61,647 nucleotides of DNA from Candidatus Omnitrophota bacterium (GTDB lineage Bacteria > Omnitrophota > Gorgyraeia > 2-01-FULL-45-10): NCBI GenBank assembly GCA_026387175.1, contig JAPLME010000005.1, forward strand, positions 1 to 61,647, read 5' to 3'. How positions within the stretch are numbered: position 1 is the first letter of the stretch; each line of letters opens with the position of its first letter. Shown piece after piece: positions 28,601-36,226 of this stretch. A model generated the notes under the pieces. It ran no database searches. It saw only the letters and a program-made list of their open reading frames with translations, and was not told where the DNA came from. The position numbers and the translations under genes were made by a program.

Positions 28601-29858
28601 GAGCAAGTTATCTATCGATCGTGAAATCTCGGCTTATCTAGCAGAGGCAATTTATGGTGCCCTGCCGGTGGAGGGCCTTATTGCATTAATAGGCGAGCTG
28701 GAATTCCGCTACCTTAATATAGAAGACATAAGTGTTAAAAATGCTATGCGCTTGCTGTTACAAGAGATTTGGGATTTGGCTTATCGGTTTGATCAAGGCG
28801 TTATAGATGAGGGCGGGCTGAGAAAAGAGTTGATTAATATATATAATGGGTACGAGTGTGTTGAGACACGCTTACCGTTACCAGTATTGACTGGTTTTGA
28901 GACAGAAGTCTTACCGAAACTTAGTCTGCAAAAGGTCGGGGAAAGCCTTGACGTTGCGCTTGGCACTATTTCGCCGACAACTCCGTCTCAGGCGGTAGCG
29001 ATTACAGCCATAGGCGAGGCAAGTCAGACCCAACCGTCAGTGCTTACCGATATCATTCCGCTTCTGGAAGCGCAAAAGATAGATCGCATAGCGCTTGTGA
29101 ATGAGATGAAACAAAAAGCTTCCGCGCCGGAAGCCATCCAGGCGATATTAATGGATCTGGAAAAATTAAAAGAGACAGGAAAGATCGACGAATATCAAAT
29201 GGGTGAATTGGAGATGGCGCTTCGGACGGCAATGCTGGTCAAGGGGCTTAGTGATATCGAAAAGAATGGGCACCTGAACATTGTGGTGCAGATTGCCGGA
29301 ATCGGCGAGTCGAGCAAGGCCAGAAGGCCCCTTCAGGATATTAAGAATAAACTCGAGAATTATCCATATAATCTTTATGCGCGATCGATTCTTGAGGAAG
29401 GAGTTGACAGCGAAGATGGGCTCAAAGCGTTAATTGACCGTATAATAGTTTCCTTAAAGGATCCAGCGAATAAAAATCCTCGCGCGCTCTTGCTATTACC
29501 GGAAGACCTTTATGAAGGATGTTTCGCTGACGCAGAAAATTACCTTAAAACAAAAGAAATCTATATCGATAGGCTTGACGCGCCGATAAAGATACAGAGG
29601 ATCAAACAGGAGGGCAGCCCTGACTTTATTACACAATTCGGGCTCGGTTTCGAGATCCTTGAATATGTGCGTAAGGGGGAAGGCGCCGAACCGAGTCAGG
29701 GACTCCTAAACCTCATTGCGGCTATGGTAGAAGGCGCCGCGGATCCCAGGGCCGTTCTGAATGAGCTTTTCAAAGGTATCCTCAAGATCCGTAAGATTGA
29801 CTGGAAAAACGTAACCGACCAGCGCAAGGCCTGGGAGGCTGTCGCTACAGCTCTGTAA
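25695..29858 (+). CDS. large membrane-anchored hypothetical protein (1387 aa) with ChaN/Tiki-like His motifs and an HExxH motif
   Basis: N-terminal TM KALICIVTLAAFLFNTVSY. VVIHIQDAHCNYAAQHQ and ILVTGGFHNENL resemble the two His blocks of the ChaN/TraB/Tiki superfamily. AIHEAKHQW (HEAKH, nt 28560-28574) fits HExxH. Confidence 0.6.
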   Translation: MITIGSNGSLKKKKPFKALICIVTLAAFLFNTVSYDAAWAVGTPSELSDNGSNKAGGQGFTKDINVTNFTLPKDLGSVTNSYAAANPDKVVIHIQDAHCNYAAQHQISKIIEYVNKEYGVVSVNLEGGAKGYDLSAFSGISDKSIKNKVADYFVKEGLVNGAEYFAINNPGKTNLWGVEDVKLYIDGLAVYRNSLVHKEEIDKYLKSLNHIISNLKAKIYSTELLDFDMKYGANKSNNMEFKEYLSYLLGAAKANGIDTKRLANIYLLDQVFAKEANIDFKKANKERDDLIDGLQKKLSKNAVEELIAKTVEFKQERIAQKSFYTYLTARAEKAGVDMAAFPELQKYIAYISIYGAMDEAKVMEEKEALEDTIKGVLCRNDKEKELSRLSKNLALLKNIFDISLAKDDYRYYLVNKDSFNVSRYAAFIDKEALLYKITALLDKDASSLDRYREDISQFYEYSIKRDEAFLKNMKYSANGYSKSIAILVTGGFHNENLAEMFRKEGIAYVSITPNFKNADGYECPYFKILSGKESDLVASLDEALGTMQIASPFNELGKLVDPEGAELDRILPAMIAYYDQNGAFAILTTAGNYLIIDKIDNKYHFSRPDTANGKKIVNEGMPIDTHKTEEILRMLSRVGVAVSKEEAPQAPTAAPTHEMIAENSVYVALCLLFTTVINAAAAKEDKHFDLLARSFGISETQARDAVNVLNSMEHTEILKAVVRDIVYNMRSPQANQPEFFFQNVLLPYIAIVSRGFLLSDQLEEELSVKFCEVFGTGRYNPLAEFVRSFRKSLQGSPLEVKYFNNLNAVLKTRGFRVEVMKDYSTGYKIAAKVTVDSGEVGSVLILSRFGVALLNNTKGASFINEKDVTITLDHINNDTKNIEKTLREGRAPISYLPTINGIFNKAGIWIKTAEGSRVLLTTSKANSILGDLYQKQFRGMVNKEIMAGIAHNIAIHEAKHQWEEVNPNMSKLSIDREISAYLAEAIYGALPVEGLIALIGELEFRYLNIEDISVKNAMRLLLQEIWDLAYRFDQGVIDEGGLRKELINIYNGYECVETRLPLPVLTGFETEVLPKLSLQKVGESLDVALGTISPTTPSQAVAITAIGEASQTQPSVLTDIIPLLEAQKIDRIALVNEMKQKASAPEAIQAILMDLEKLKETGKIDEYQMGELEMALRTAMLVKGLSDIEKNGHLNIVVQIAGIGESSKARRPLQDIKNKLENYPYNLYARSILEEGVDSEDGLKALIDRIIVSLKDPANKNPRALLLLPEDLYEGCFADAENYLKTKEIYIDRLDAPIKIQRIKQEGSPDFITQFGLGFEILEYVRKGEGAEPSQGLLNLIAAMVEGAADPRAVLNELFKGILKIRKIDWKNVTDQRKAWEAVATAL

Positions 29859-29871
29859 ACTACATGCACTA

Positions 29872-29927
29872 CCATGCACGGGGCCATCCCCATGCACGGG
29901 GCCATCCTGAAAAGGGACACCCTGTAG
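29872..29927. repeat. REP-family copy (forward orientation) with an 18-nt tandem edge duplication
   Basis: CCATGCACGGGGCCATCC twice (29872-29889, 29890-29907), running into the full repeat GGGGCCATCCTGAAAAGGGACACCCTGTAG (29898-29927). Confidence 0.9.
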
Positions 29928-30640
29928 CTACTCGGAAAAATATTTTAAAATAATTTGCAACAATTTAGCCTCTTTTAGCGTCTTTATATAGGGGGATATA
30001 AAGGCACGAAAGGAGGCATTTTTATGGCCAGACAGGGTAGATTGTTAGTGGATGGAGGCATATATCACATAACAAGCAGGGGGCATAATAGGTACAAGCT
30101 TTTTCATTCGTTAGATGATTACACGATTTATAAAAAATTGATAAAGGACTATAAAAAGAAATTCATTTTCGATGTATTTCATTATTGCCCCATGCCAAAT
30201 CATACACATATTTTATTACGGGTGAATAAAGGCGATGAATTACCTAGTATTATGCAGGGAATAAACCAATCTTATGCCAATCATTATAAGAAATGCTATA
30301 AACTTATAGGCAACCTATTCCAGGGGAGATATAAAAGTGTTTTTGTGGATAATGATGAATATTTGTTGGAATGCGGCAGATATATTGAAAGAAACCCTTT
30401 AAGGGCGGGTATAGTAACCGATCTATTGGACTATCATTTTTCTAGCTATAATTTCTATGCCAATGGTAGGAAAGATGACATAATCACTCCTAATCCTTGT
30501 TATCTTGAATTATCAAATGATCCGAAGGAGCGCATGAAATTATACAGAGAATACATTTTGAAAAAGCGGCCTTATGAGACCATAATAGATAAGGGATTGA
30601 AAATTTGAGATTACAGGGTGTCCCTTTTCAGGATGGCCCC
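29898..30640 (+). mobile_element. RAYT unit: Y1 (HUH) transposase gene bracketed by perfect 29-nt inverted REP copies
   Basis: 29898-29926 is the exact reverse complement of 30612-30640, and the only gene between them is the IS200-like Y1 transposase. Confidence 0.8.
30024..30608 (+). CDS. REP-associated tyrosine transposase (RAYT; IS200/IS605-like Y1 HUH transposase, COG1943)
   Basis: IYHITSRG, HUH motif PNHTHILL, catalytic-Tyr block LFQGRYKSV, then YIERNPLRAGIV...YHFSSY, as in RayT-type proteins. Confidence 0.85.
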   Translation: MARQGRLLVDGGIYHITSRGHNRYKLFHSLDDYTIYKKLIKDYKKKFIFDVFHYCPMPNHTHILLRVNKGDELPSIMQGINQSYANHYKKCYKLIGNLFQGRYKSVFVDNDEYLLECGRYIERNPLRAGIVTDLLDYHFSSYNFYANGRKDDIITPNPCYLELSNDPKERMKLYREYILKKRPYETIIDKGLKI

Positions 30641-30695
30641 CGAGATTTGGGGGTGTCCCTTTTCAGGATGGCCCCCGAGAGGGTGGCCCCCGAGA
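30612..30695. repeat. REP-family copies (reverse orientation): two full units in tandem plus a partial unit
   Basis: TACAGGGTGTCCCTTTTCAGGATGGCCCC (30612-30640), GGGTGTCCCTTTTCAGGATGGCCCCCGAGA (30651-30680), then GGGTGGCCCCCGAGA (30681-30695). Confidence 0.9.
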
Positions 30696-30705
30696 GGGGG
30701 AAGGG

Positions 30706-31053
30706 TTACTGGCCTATATCCATGCGGACCATCTGTGGATTGCCGGAACCGTCTATATAATATTCGATCGTTACGGGATCGCCTATATTTATATCTAATA
30801 TATCCACCATGTCGGTACCTTTATAAAAGTCCATTCCCTCCGGAACTTTGAAGGTTGTCACATTATAATGGATCAAATCCTCGCCCTGCCACTCGACCGC
30901 AAAGGTGGAATCAAATGTATCTACCGCTGTTATAGTCCCTTCCATTCTCCTTATTTGCCGGCCGACAGCGCTGTCATCGCAATATGACTCTCCGCAGGCC
31001 TGCATCATGATCGCAATAACGAAAATGCCCAGTAGCGTCTTAATAAAATTCAT
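30706..31053 (-). CDS. small lipoprotein, hypothetical
   Basis: MNFIKTLLGIFVIAIMMQAC signal plus lipobox-like cysteine. Convergent with the RAYT gene; the REP block lies between the two stops. Confidence 0.55.
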   Translation of the reverse strand: MNFIKTLLGIFVIAIMMQACGESYCDDSAVGRQIRRMEGTITAVDTFDSTFAVEWQGEDLIHYNVTTFKVPEGMDFYKGTDMVDILDINIGDPVTIEYYIDGSGNPQMVRMDIGQ

Positions 31054-31150
31054 AAATTATCCCTCTTTTTACATTAAGAGTATCACCTTTTCCGCAATAT
31101 GCAAGTTTCTTAGCGAAAAATTTGACAAACCCAAATATGTCAGGTATACT

Positions 31151-31196
31151 TTCCATGCTTACCATATTTACCCTATTTTCCATGCTTAGCATACTT
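31151..31196. promoter_or_regulatory. 19-nt direct repeat pair upstream of the MerR-like gene
   Basis: TTCCATGCTTACCATATTT (31151-31169) and TTCCATGCTTAGCATACTT (31178-31196), 27-nt period. The second unit contains the palindrome ATGCT-T-AGCAT. Confidence 0.4.
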
Positions 31197-31226
31197 AAAG
31201 TGTGTTTTAAATAATCAAAAGGAGAG

Positions 31227-31436
31227 ATGATGCCGCTGAAAAATACTAAAAATTACTACTTGGCTCAAACTGTAGCGGACAAATTCGGGATTTCCAAGAA
31301 GACGCTTCTGGGATGGGAGAAGGACGGCAAGATATCCAAGCCCCCCAAAGACTGGCGCGGCTGGAGGATGTATAGCAACGGCCATATGGATGAAATAAGG
31401 AAGGTAATCGAGGAAAAAAGGAAAAAATTAAGTTAG
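31227..31436 (+). CDS. small MerR-type HTH protein
   Basis: YYLAQTVADKFGISKKTLLGWEKDGKISKP...WRMY fits the MerR N-terminal HTH pattern. Confidence 0.6.
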   Translation: MMPLKNTKNYYLAQTVADKFGISKKTLLGWEKDGKISKPPKDWRGWRMYSNGHMDEIRKVIEEKRKKLS

Positions 31437-31437
31437 C

Positions 31438-32283
31438 ATGAGCTATTATAAAATATTGGGATTAGATAAAGAGCCGTTCTCGACCAGCCCTGACCCTAAA
31501 TTCTTCTACGAGTCGAAAGAACATAAATCCGTCCTTTACAGGCTCAGGGTCGCCATCGAGCTGAGGAGGGGTTTGAGCGTTGTCCTGGGCGACGTGGGCA
31601 CAGGCAAGACGACGCTTAGCCGCAGATTGTCCCAGTTGCTCGGACTGGACCCGACCCTCATCATGACGATGATACTTAACCCGGTCTACGAATCCGAATT
31701 ACAGTTCCTCCGCGATCTGGCCGAAAGATTCCATATTAAAGCCGCTTACGCAACGCCCGCCGCGGAACCGACGGTCCTGGACTATCTGAAGGCCATAGAA
31801 AAATTCCTTTTCGATAAGGGCGTCGAAGGCAACAAGACCATAGTTATCCTGATAGACGAATCACAGAAGCTTAACCTCTCCTGCCTCGAGGTATTGCGTT
31901 CGCTCTTGAACTATGAGACCAATGAATTCAAGATATTACAGGTTATCCTCATGGGCCAGATGGAGCTTTTGCCGCGCATAAGCGGCATTAAGAACCTGTG
32001 GGACAGGATCTCTCTTAAATACGTGATAAATCCGCTCGAGGAGAATGAGGTAAGGGAGATGATAGAGTTCAGGCTTAAAGAGGCCGGGTATGTGTCGAGA
32101 TATCCGTTATTCACCGATAATTCGATAAGGGCTATATTCAACTATACTCAAGGTTATCCGAGGAAGATCGCCATGCTCTGCCACGACGCGCTGGAGTATC
32201 TCGTCATGCATAAGAAGGAGATGATCGATAAAGAAGTCATCGAGGCCCTGATCCGTAACGATGTGCAACCGGTTGACGTGTAG
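31438..32283 (+). CDS. ExeA/MshM-like AAA ATPase (secretin-assembly type)
   Basis: Walker A GDVGTGKTTL, Walker B VILIDESQ, ~280 aa, immediately upstream of a secretin operon. Confidence 0.7.
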   Translation: MSYYKILGLDKEPFSTSPDPKFFYESKEHKSVLYRLRVAIELRRGLSVVLGDVGTGKTTLSRRLSQLLGLDPTLIMTMILNPVYESELQFLRDLAERFHIKAAYATPAAEPTVLDYLKAIEKFLFDKGVEGNKTIVILIDESQKLNLSCLEVLRSLLNYETNEFKILQVILMGQMELLPRISGIKNLWDRISLKYVINPLEENEVREMIEFRLKEAGYVSRYPLFTDNSIRAIFNYTQGYPRKIAMLCHDALEYLVMHKKEMIDKEVIEALIRNDVQPVDV

Positions 32284-32289
32284 AATATA

Positions 32290-32985
32290 ATGGCTGAAAA
32301 TATTTCTCCAGAGGAACGTCTCTTCAAAGTCATACAGCAGGGGAAAAATTCGGCACCCGAAGAGGGCAAGCCCGGCGGCAAAAAGTTCGGCGAATGGCTG
32401 CGCGGATTAAAGCGTTTTATATCGGCGGTAGGCGCCCCGCCATCAGGAGAGAAGAAGGGTTTTAACTGGAAGACAATAATTCCGGCGAATTTAAAATTAC
32501 CCGAATTAGAGCCCGGAGTTATTAATAAGGTGTTGGCCGCGGCGCTCATCATAGTCGCGATCCTTGTCATATACGCGTTGACGAGCAAGCGCCAGGATAC
32601 CACGATGATCACGGACGCTGTTTCAAAGATCCAGATCGCTTCGGTAGGAGGCAATGAGAAGATAGAGCCTCTTAAGAAAGCCGATTTTTATCTTGCGGAG
32701 ATCCGCAAGAGGGATATATTCCATCCTATTCCGAAGGAAGCGGTGACGGAAACGAAACAGGGCGCATCGGGCAAGTTAAAAAAAGCGGCCGAAAGCCTGA
32801 AGCTCCAGGGGATCTCGTGGGGTCCCGCGCCGAAAGCCATGATACTATGGCAGAACGATAAAGAGGGCAACATGTATTTCCTTACGAAGGGCCAGACGAT
32901 AGGCTCGACCGGCATTAAGATAAAGGAAATACGCAAGGATAAGGTAGTGATCGGTAATGACGAGGAAGAGATGGATCTCTTATGA
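32290..32985 (+). CDS. bitopic membrane protein with GspC/PilP-like C-terminal domain (putative secretin partner)
   Basis: Single central TM (VLAAALIIVAILVIYAL). C-terminal LKLQGISWGPAPKAMILWQNDKEGNMYFLTKGQTIGSTGIKIKEIRKDKVVI resembles the beta-sandwich HR/PilP pattern. Overlaps the secretin start. Confidence 0.4.
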   Translation: MAENISPEERLFKVIQQGKNSAPEEGKPGGKKFGEWLRGLKRFISAVGAPPSGEKKGFNWKTIIPANLKLPELEPGVINKVLAAALIIVAILVIYALTSKRQDTTMITDAVSKIQIASVGGNEKIEPLKKADFYLAEIRKRDIFHPIPKEAVTETKQGASGKLKKAAESLKLQGISWGPAPKAMILWQNDKEGNMYFLTKGQTIGSTGIKIKEIRKDKVVIGNDEEEMDLL

Positions 32986-34577
32986 GACAGAACGCGATAA
33001 TTAAGCTATGCGTTTTTGGCGCGATTGCCGCGGTTATCTTTATCTCCAGCGCCTATTCCGAGGCAGATGCCCCTATTGCGGGAATAGTGGCGCGTAAGGC
33101 CATATCCGATTATGATTTTCCCGGGCTAAAGAAGAAGATATCGCTCGATATAAGGGCGATGGACGTGACGCAGTTCCTGAAGTTCCTTGCCACCGACGGA
33201 AACCTGAACATAATAGCGAGTAAAGCCGTTACCGGCCCTATAAGCCTCCTGATAAATGACGTGACCATAGGCGACGCGCTCGAGATAGCTCTTTCGATGA
33301 ACGGCTTCGCTTATCAGATAAAGGGCAATATCATCACAATAATGACGACAGCCGAATTTAAGACAATGTTCGGAGTGGAATTCTACGACCAGCGCGAGAC
33401 GGCCGCGTATCAACTGAAATACGCTTCCCCTAAAAATGTGGCTACGATCCTCGGCAATATCAAGAGCGAAATCGGCAAGATAATCTATGACGACAGCACG
33501 GGAACGCTGATCCTTATAGACACTCCGGCGAAGATAAAAGAGATGGGCGATATTATCGCTAAACAGGAACTGCCCACAGTTTCGAGAGTCCTGCCCACAG
33601 TGACAAGGGTATATGAATTTAAATATGCGAAGGTGGACGTTGTTAAAGACGAGATCTCAAAAGCCCTTACCCCGGACGTGGGGACGATACGTTCCGATTT
33701 GAGGACCAATACCATAGTGATCTCGGACCTGCCGTACCAGCTGGAGAAGCTGGATGTCCTGATCAAGGCATTCGACAGGAAGACGAGGGAGGTCTTCATC
33801 GAGGCCAAGATCGTCGAGGTTACCCTGAGCGACAAGTTCCAATGGGGCATTGACTGGTCCAGGATAATACAGATGGCCGGAAGCCTCAGCGCGATAGCTA
33901 TCACTCCGCAGGTCTCGCTTCCTCTTAATCTGGCTGCCGGAGCAATAGGTAAGATGACCGTGGCTACGACTTCCACCAATAAGTTATCCATTATTCTTGA
34001 GACACTCGGCACGGTGGCCGAGACGAGGATACTTTCGAATCCGCACATAACCGTTGAGGAGGGGAAAGAGTCAAAGATAGAGGTCATAGAGAAACAGCCG
34101 TATGAAGAAGATACTACGACGACAGCCTCGGGAGGGACGACGACAGCCTCAAAGAGTTATCAATGGGTGAATATCGGCGTGACGCTGAGCGTTACGCCGC
34201 GTATAAACCCTGACGGCTTCATAAGTATGCTGATAAAACCGGAAGTGAGCTCCATATCGGCATGGTACGGTGGAGCGGCGCAGGCGGCAGGCGCTGTGCC
34301 TGTAGTTAAATCCGCCAATGCCCAGACGACGGTTACAATAAAAGACGGCGTCACGATAATAATTGCCGGCCTGGTGAAAGATAATAAGACTAAGACGGTG
34401 AATAAGATACCGTTTTTAGGCGATATACCGTGGGTGGGCCTTGCCTTTAAAAAGTCAACTGATGAGATAGTCCGGACGGAGACAGTAGTGTTTTTGACGC
34501 CGCGGATAGTGACGGGAGAGGATACGTTCCTCCTCGAAAAAGATATGCCAAAACCGTCCAGGGGCATCAGGAAGTAA
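32982..34577 (+). CDS. outer-membrane secretin (GspD/PilQ/MshL family)
   Basis: N-domains (ITIMTT..., LILIDTPAKIKEM), secretin core (RILSNPHITVEEGKESKIEV), and C-terminal IPFLGDIPWVGLAFK...TETVVFLTPRIV. Confidence 0.88.
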   Translation: MRQNAIIKLCVFGAIAAVIFISSAYSEADAPIAGIVARKAISDYDFPGLKKKISLDIRAMDVTQFLKFLATDGNLNIIASKAVTGPISLLINDVTIGDALEIALSMNGFAYQIKGNIITIMTTAEFKTMFGVEFYDQRETAAYQLKYASPKNVATILGNIKSEIGKIIYDDSTGTLILIDTPAKIKEMGDIIAKQELPTVSRVLPTVTRVYEFKYAKVDVVKDEISKALTPDVGTIRSDLRTNTIVISDLPYQLEKLDVLIKAFDRKTREVFIEAKIVEVTLSDKFQWGIDWSRIIQMAGSLSAIAITPQVSLPLNLAAGAIGKMTVATTSTNKLSIILETLGTVAETRILSNPHITVEEGKESKIEVIEKQPYEEDTTTTASGGTTTASKSYQWVNIGVTLSVTPRINPDGFISMLIKPEVSSISAWYGGAAQAAGAVPVVKSANAQTTVTIKDGVTIIIAGLVKDNKTKTVNKIPFLGDIPWVGLAFKKSTDEIVRTETVVFLTPRIVTGEDTFLLEKDMPKPSRGIRK

Positions 34578-34599
34578 GGAAAAAGAGCGGAGATGCGAA

Positions 34600-36225
34600 A
34601 TGAAAAATAAATTGACGATATTATCGATAGGCATATTTACGATATTGTGTGTCACGCGCTCCTATAGCACTGAGGCCATAGCCGAAACCAGTATGTCGGA
34701 TCTGCAGAATGCGGAGAAGGGCGTCCATCGTCTGGAGGGTAAACTGCAGAAGAGGGAGTATGATCTCAAGAAACGCGCGGAATATGAAAAGGTGCAGACG
34801 ACCGAGATGAAGAAGTGCGATGAGTTGAAGAGCGAAATATGGAAGCTTAAAGACAGCGCCAAGGCATTGGATGTAAAACTCGCGAAGCTCGCCTCCGATA
34901 AGAAAAAAGCCGAAGAGGAGCTAGTCGGGCAGACTAAAATATACGAAGCCAGAGAAAAGGGCATAAAGACGACCGAGGACGAAATAAGCGCCGAAGATAA
35001 GCAGTTTAAGCGTTTAGCCGAGGCGGGTGAGAAGGAGAGCAGCGAGCGGAAGACGAGGATAGATAAGCTTAAAGAGGGCTTAAAGTCGCCGGAGGATAAG
35101 ATAGAATCGCTCACAAACGAAAAGAATAAGATCGATGAAAATTTGAAGGCGAAGGACACTGAATATAAAGCCGAGACGGATAAATTGAAAGCGTTAAGGG
35201 CCAGGCTCGCGTCGGAGAAGAAAGAAGGCGCTTCTGTGAAGAAGGGCGCTTCCGCGAAAGAGGAGCCGCCTGTTAAGGATGAGTCAGAGGAAATAAAGAA
35301 GAAGATGGATGATCTGATGGTGGAGGCGCAGAAATTGGAATCCGCCAGACAAAAACTGTCGGACGAGCTCCTGACTGCCAATGAAGCAAAAAGATCGCAG
35401 GAAGAAGAGGTAAAAGCGCTGGAGAACGAGGATGTCTCAAAAGCGAAAGACCTTAAATCGCGGTCAGGGGACCTGGGGAAAAAGAAGAAAGCTACACAGG
35501 TAAAGGTGGAGAAGCTGAGGAAGAAAGCGATCTCGGCAAAATTTAAAGTGCAAGCAGACACCGCTGCTGTTAAAAAACTGGATGATGACATAAAACTTGC
35601 CACGCAGGAGAAGCACCGGATAGAGAAAGCTTTAAAGGAAAAGACGGATGAATTAAAGGTCAGGGTATCGGTGTTATTGGAGCATAACACCGAGGACAGT
35701 CTCGCGTATGAAAGCGATAAAGAGGCGCAAGCCAAGGCCGCGTCCAGAGGCGAGGAACTGAGCGCCAGGCTGGATAAGATATTCGAGGCCATGAAGGATG
35801 AGAATAACCGCCTGATGGTCGAGAATAAAGAGATGCAGGCCAGGCTGGGGCGCGCCGAAAATGCCGCGAGAGAGGCAAGGCGTAAAGCCGAAGCGGCCGC
35901 GAAAGCCCCGGAGGAGATGAAGGTAAAGTTGAACAAAGAGAGGCTGGATGCGCACTTTAACACCGCGGTCATGTATGAAAAGAACGGTTTATGGCACGAT
36001 GCGGAGAGGGAATACCTTAAATGCCTGCGCATAGATCCTAAGGACGCGGGAGTGCATTACAACCTGGGAATACTTTATGACGATAAGTTGAACATGAACA
36101 ATAAGGCGTTATATCATTATTATAAGTTCCTGTCTCTCCGCCCCATGGGAGAGACGGCCGAACGCGTGAGGGACTGGATAACCAAGATGGAGCTTGAAAA
36201 CCGTCTGGGAAAAGAGCTGAGGTAG
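34600..36225 (+). CDS. secreted K/E-rich coiled-coil protein with C-terminal TPR repeats (MshN-like position)
   Basis: Signal-like N-terminus, ~400 aa of heptad-like K/E/A sequence, then TPR-like AVMYEKNGLWHDAEREYLKCLRIDPKDAGVHYNLGILY. Confidence 0.6.
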   Translation: MKNKLTILSIGIFTILCVTRSYSTEAIAETSMSDLQNAEKGVHRLEGKLQKREYDLKKRAEYEKVQTTEMKKCDELKSEIWKLKDSAKALDVKLAKLASDKKKAEEELVGQTKIYEAREKGIKTTEDEISAEDKQFKRLAEAGEKESSERKTRIDKLKEGLKSPEDKIESLTNEKNKIDENLKAKDTEYKAETDKLKALRARLASEKKEGASVKKGASAKEEPPVKDESEEIKKKMDDLMVEAQKLESARQKLSDELLTANEAKRSQEEEVKALENEDVSKAKDLKSRSGDLGKKKKATQVKVEKLRKKAISAKFKVQADTAAVKKLDDDIKLATQEKHRIEKALKEKTDELKVRVSVLLEHNTEDSLAYESDKEAQAKAASRGEELSARLDKIFEAMKDENNRLMVENKEMQARLGRAENAAREARRKAEAAAKAPEEMKVKLNKERLDAHFNTAVMYEKNGLWHDAEREYLKCLRIDPKDAGVHYNLGILYDDKLNMNNKALYHYYKFLSLRPMGETAERVRDWITKMELENRLGKELR

Positions 36226-36226
36226 G

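Noticed and set aside
30612-30695. Possible CRISPR array (short direct repeats with spacers here and at 40845-40931)
   Set aside because: There are only two to three units with 10-19-nt spacers. The repeat matches the dispersed REP family found singly and in inverted pairs, there are no cas genes, and a RAYT gene is adjacent.
30618-30851. 77-aa + strand ORF (MSLFRMAPEIWGCPFSGWPPRGWPPRGG...), and its counterpart 29696..29920 on the minus strand
   Set aside because: Both are translations of the tandem REP units and overlap real genes or their 3' ends. The same MSLFRMAP peptide appears on both sides only because the repeats are inverted.
34662-36032. 456-aa minus-strand ORF, the longest antisense ORF in the track
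   Set aside because: It is the mirror image of the K/E/A-rich coiled-coil gene on the + strand. Its product is low-complexity S/F/A-rich with no start context or RBS. The + strand gene has a signal peptide, TPR tail and operon context.
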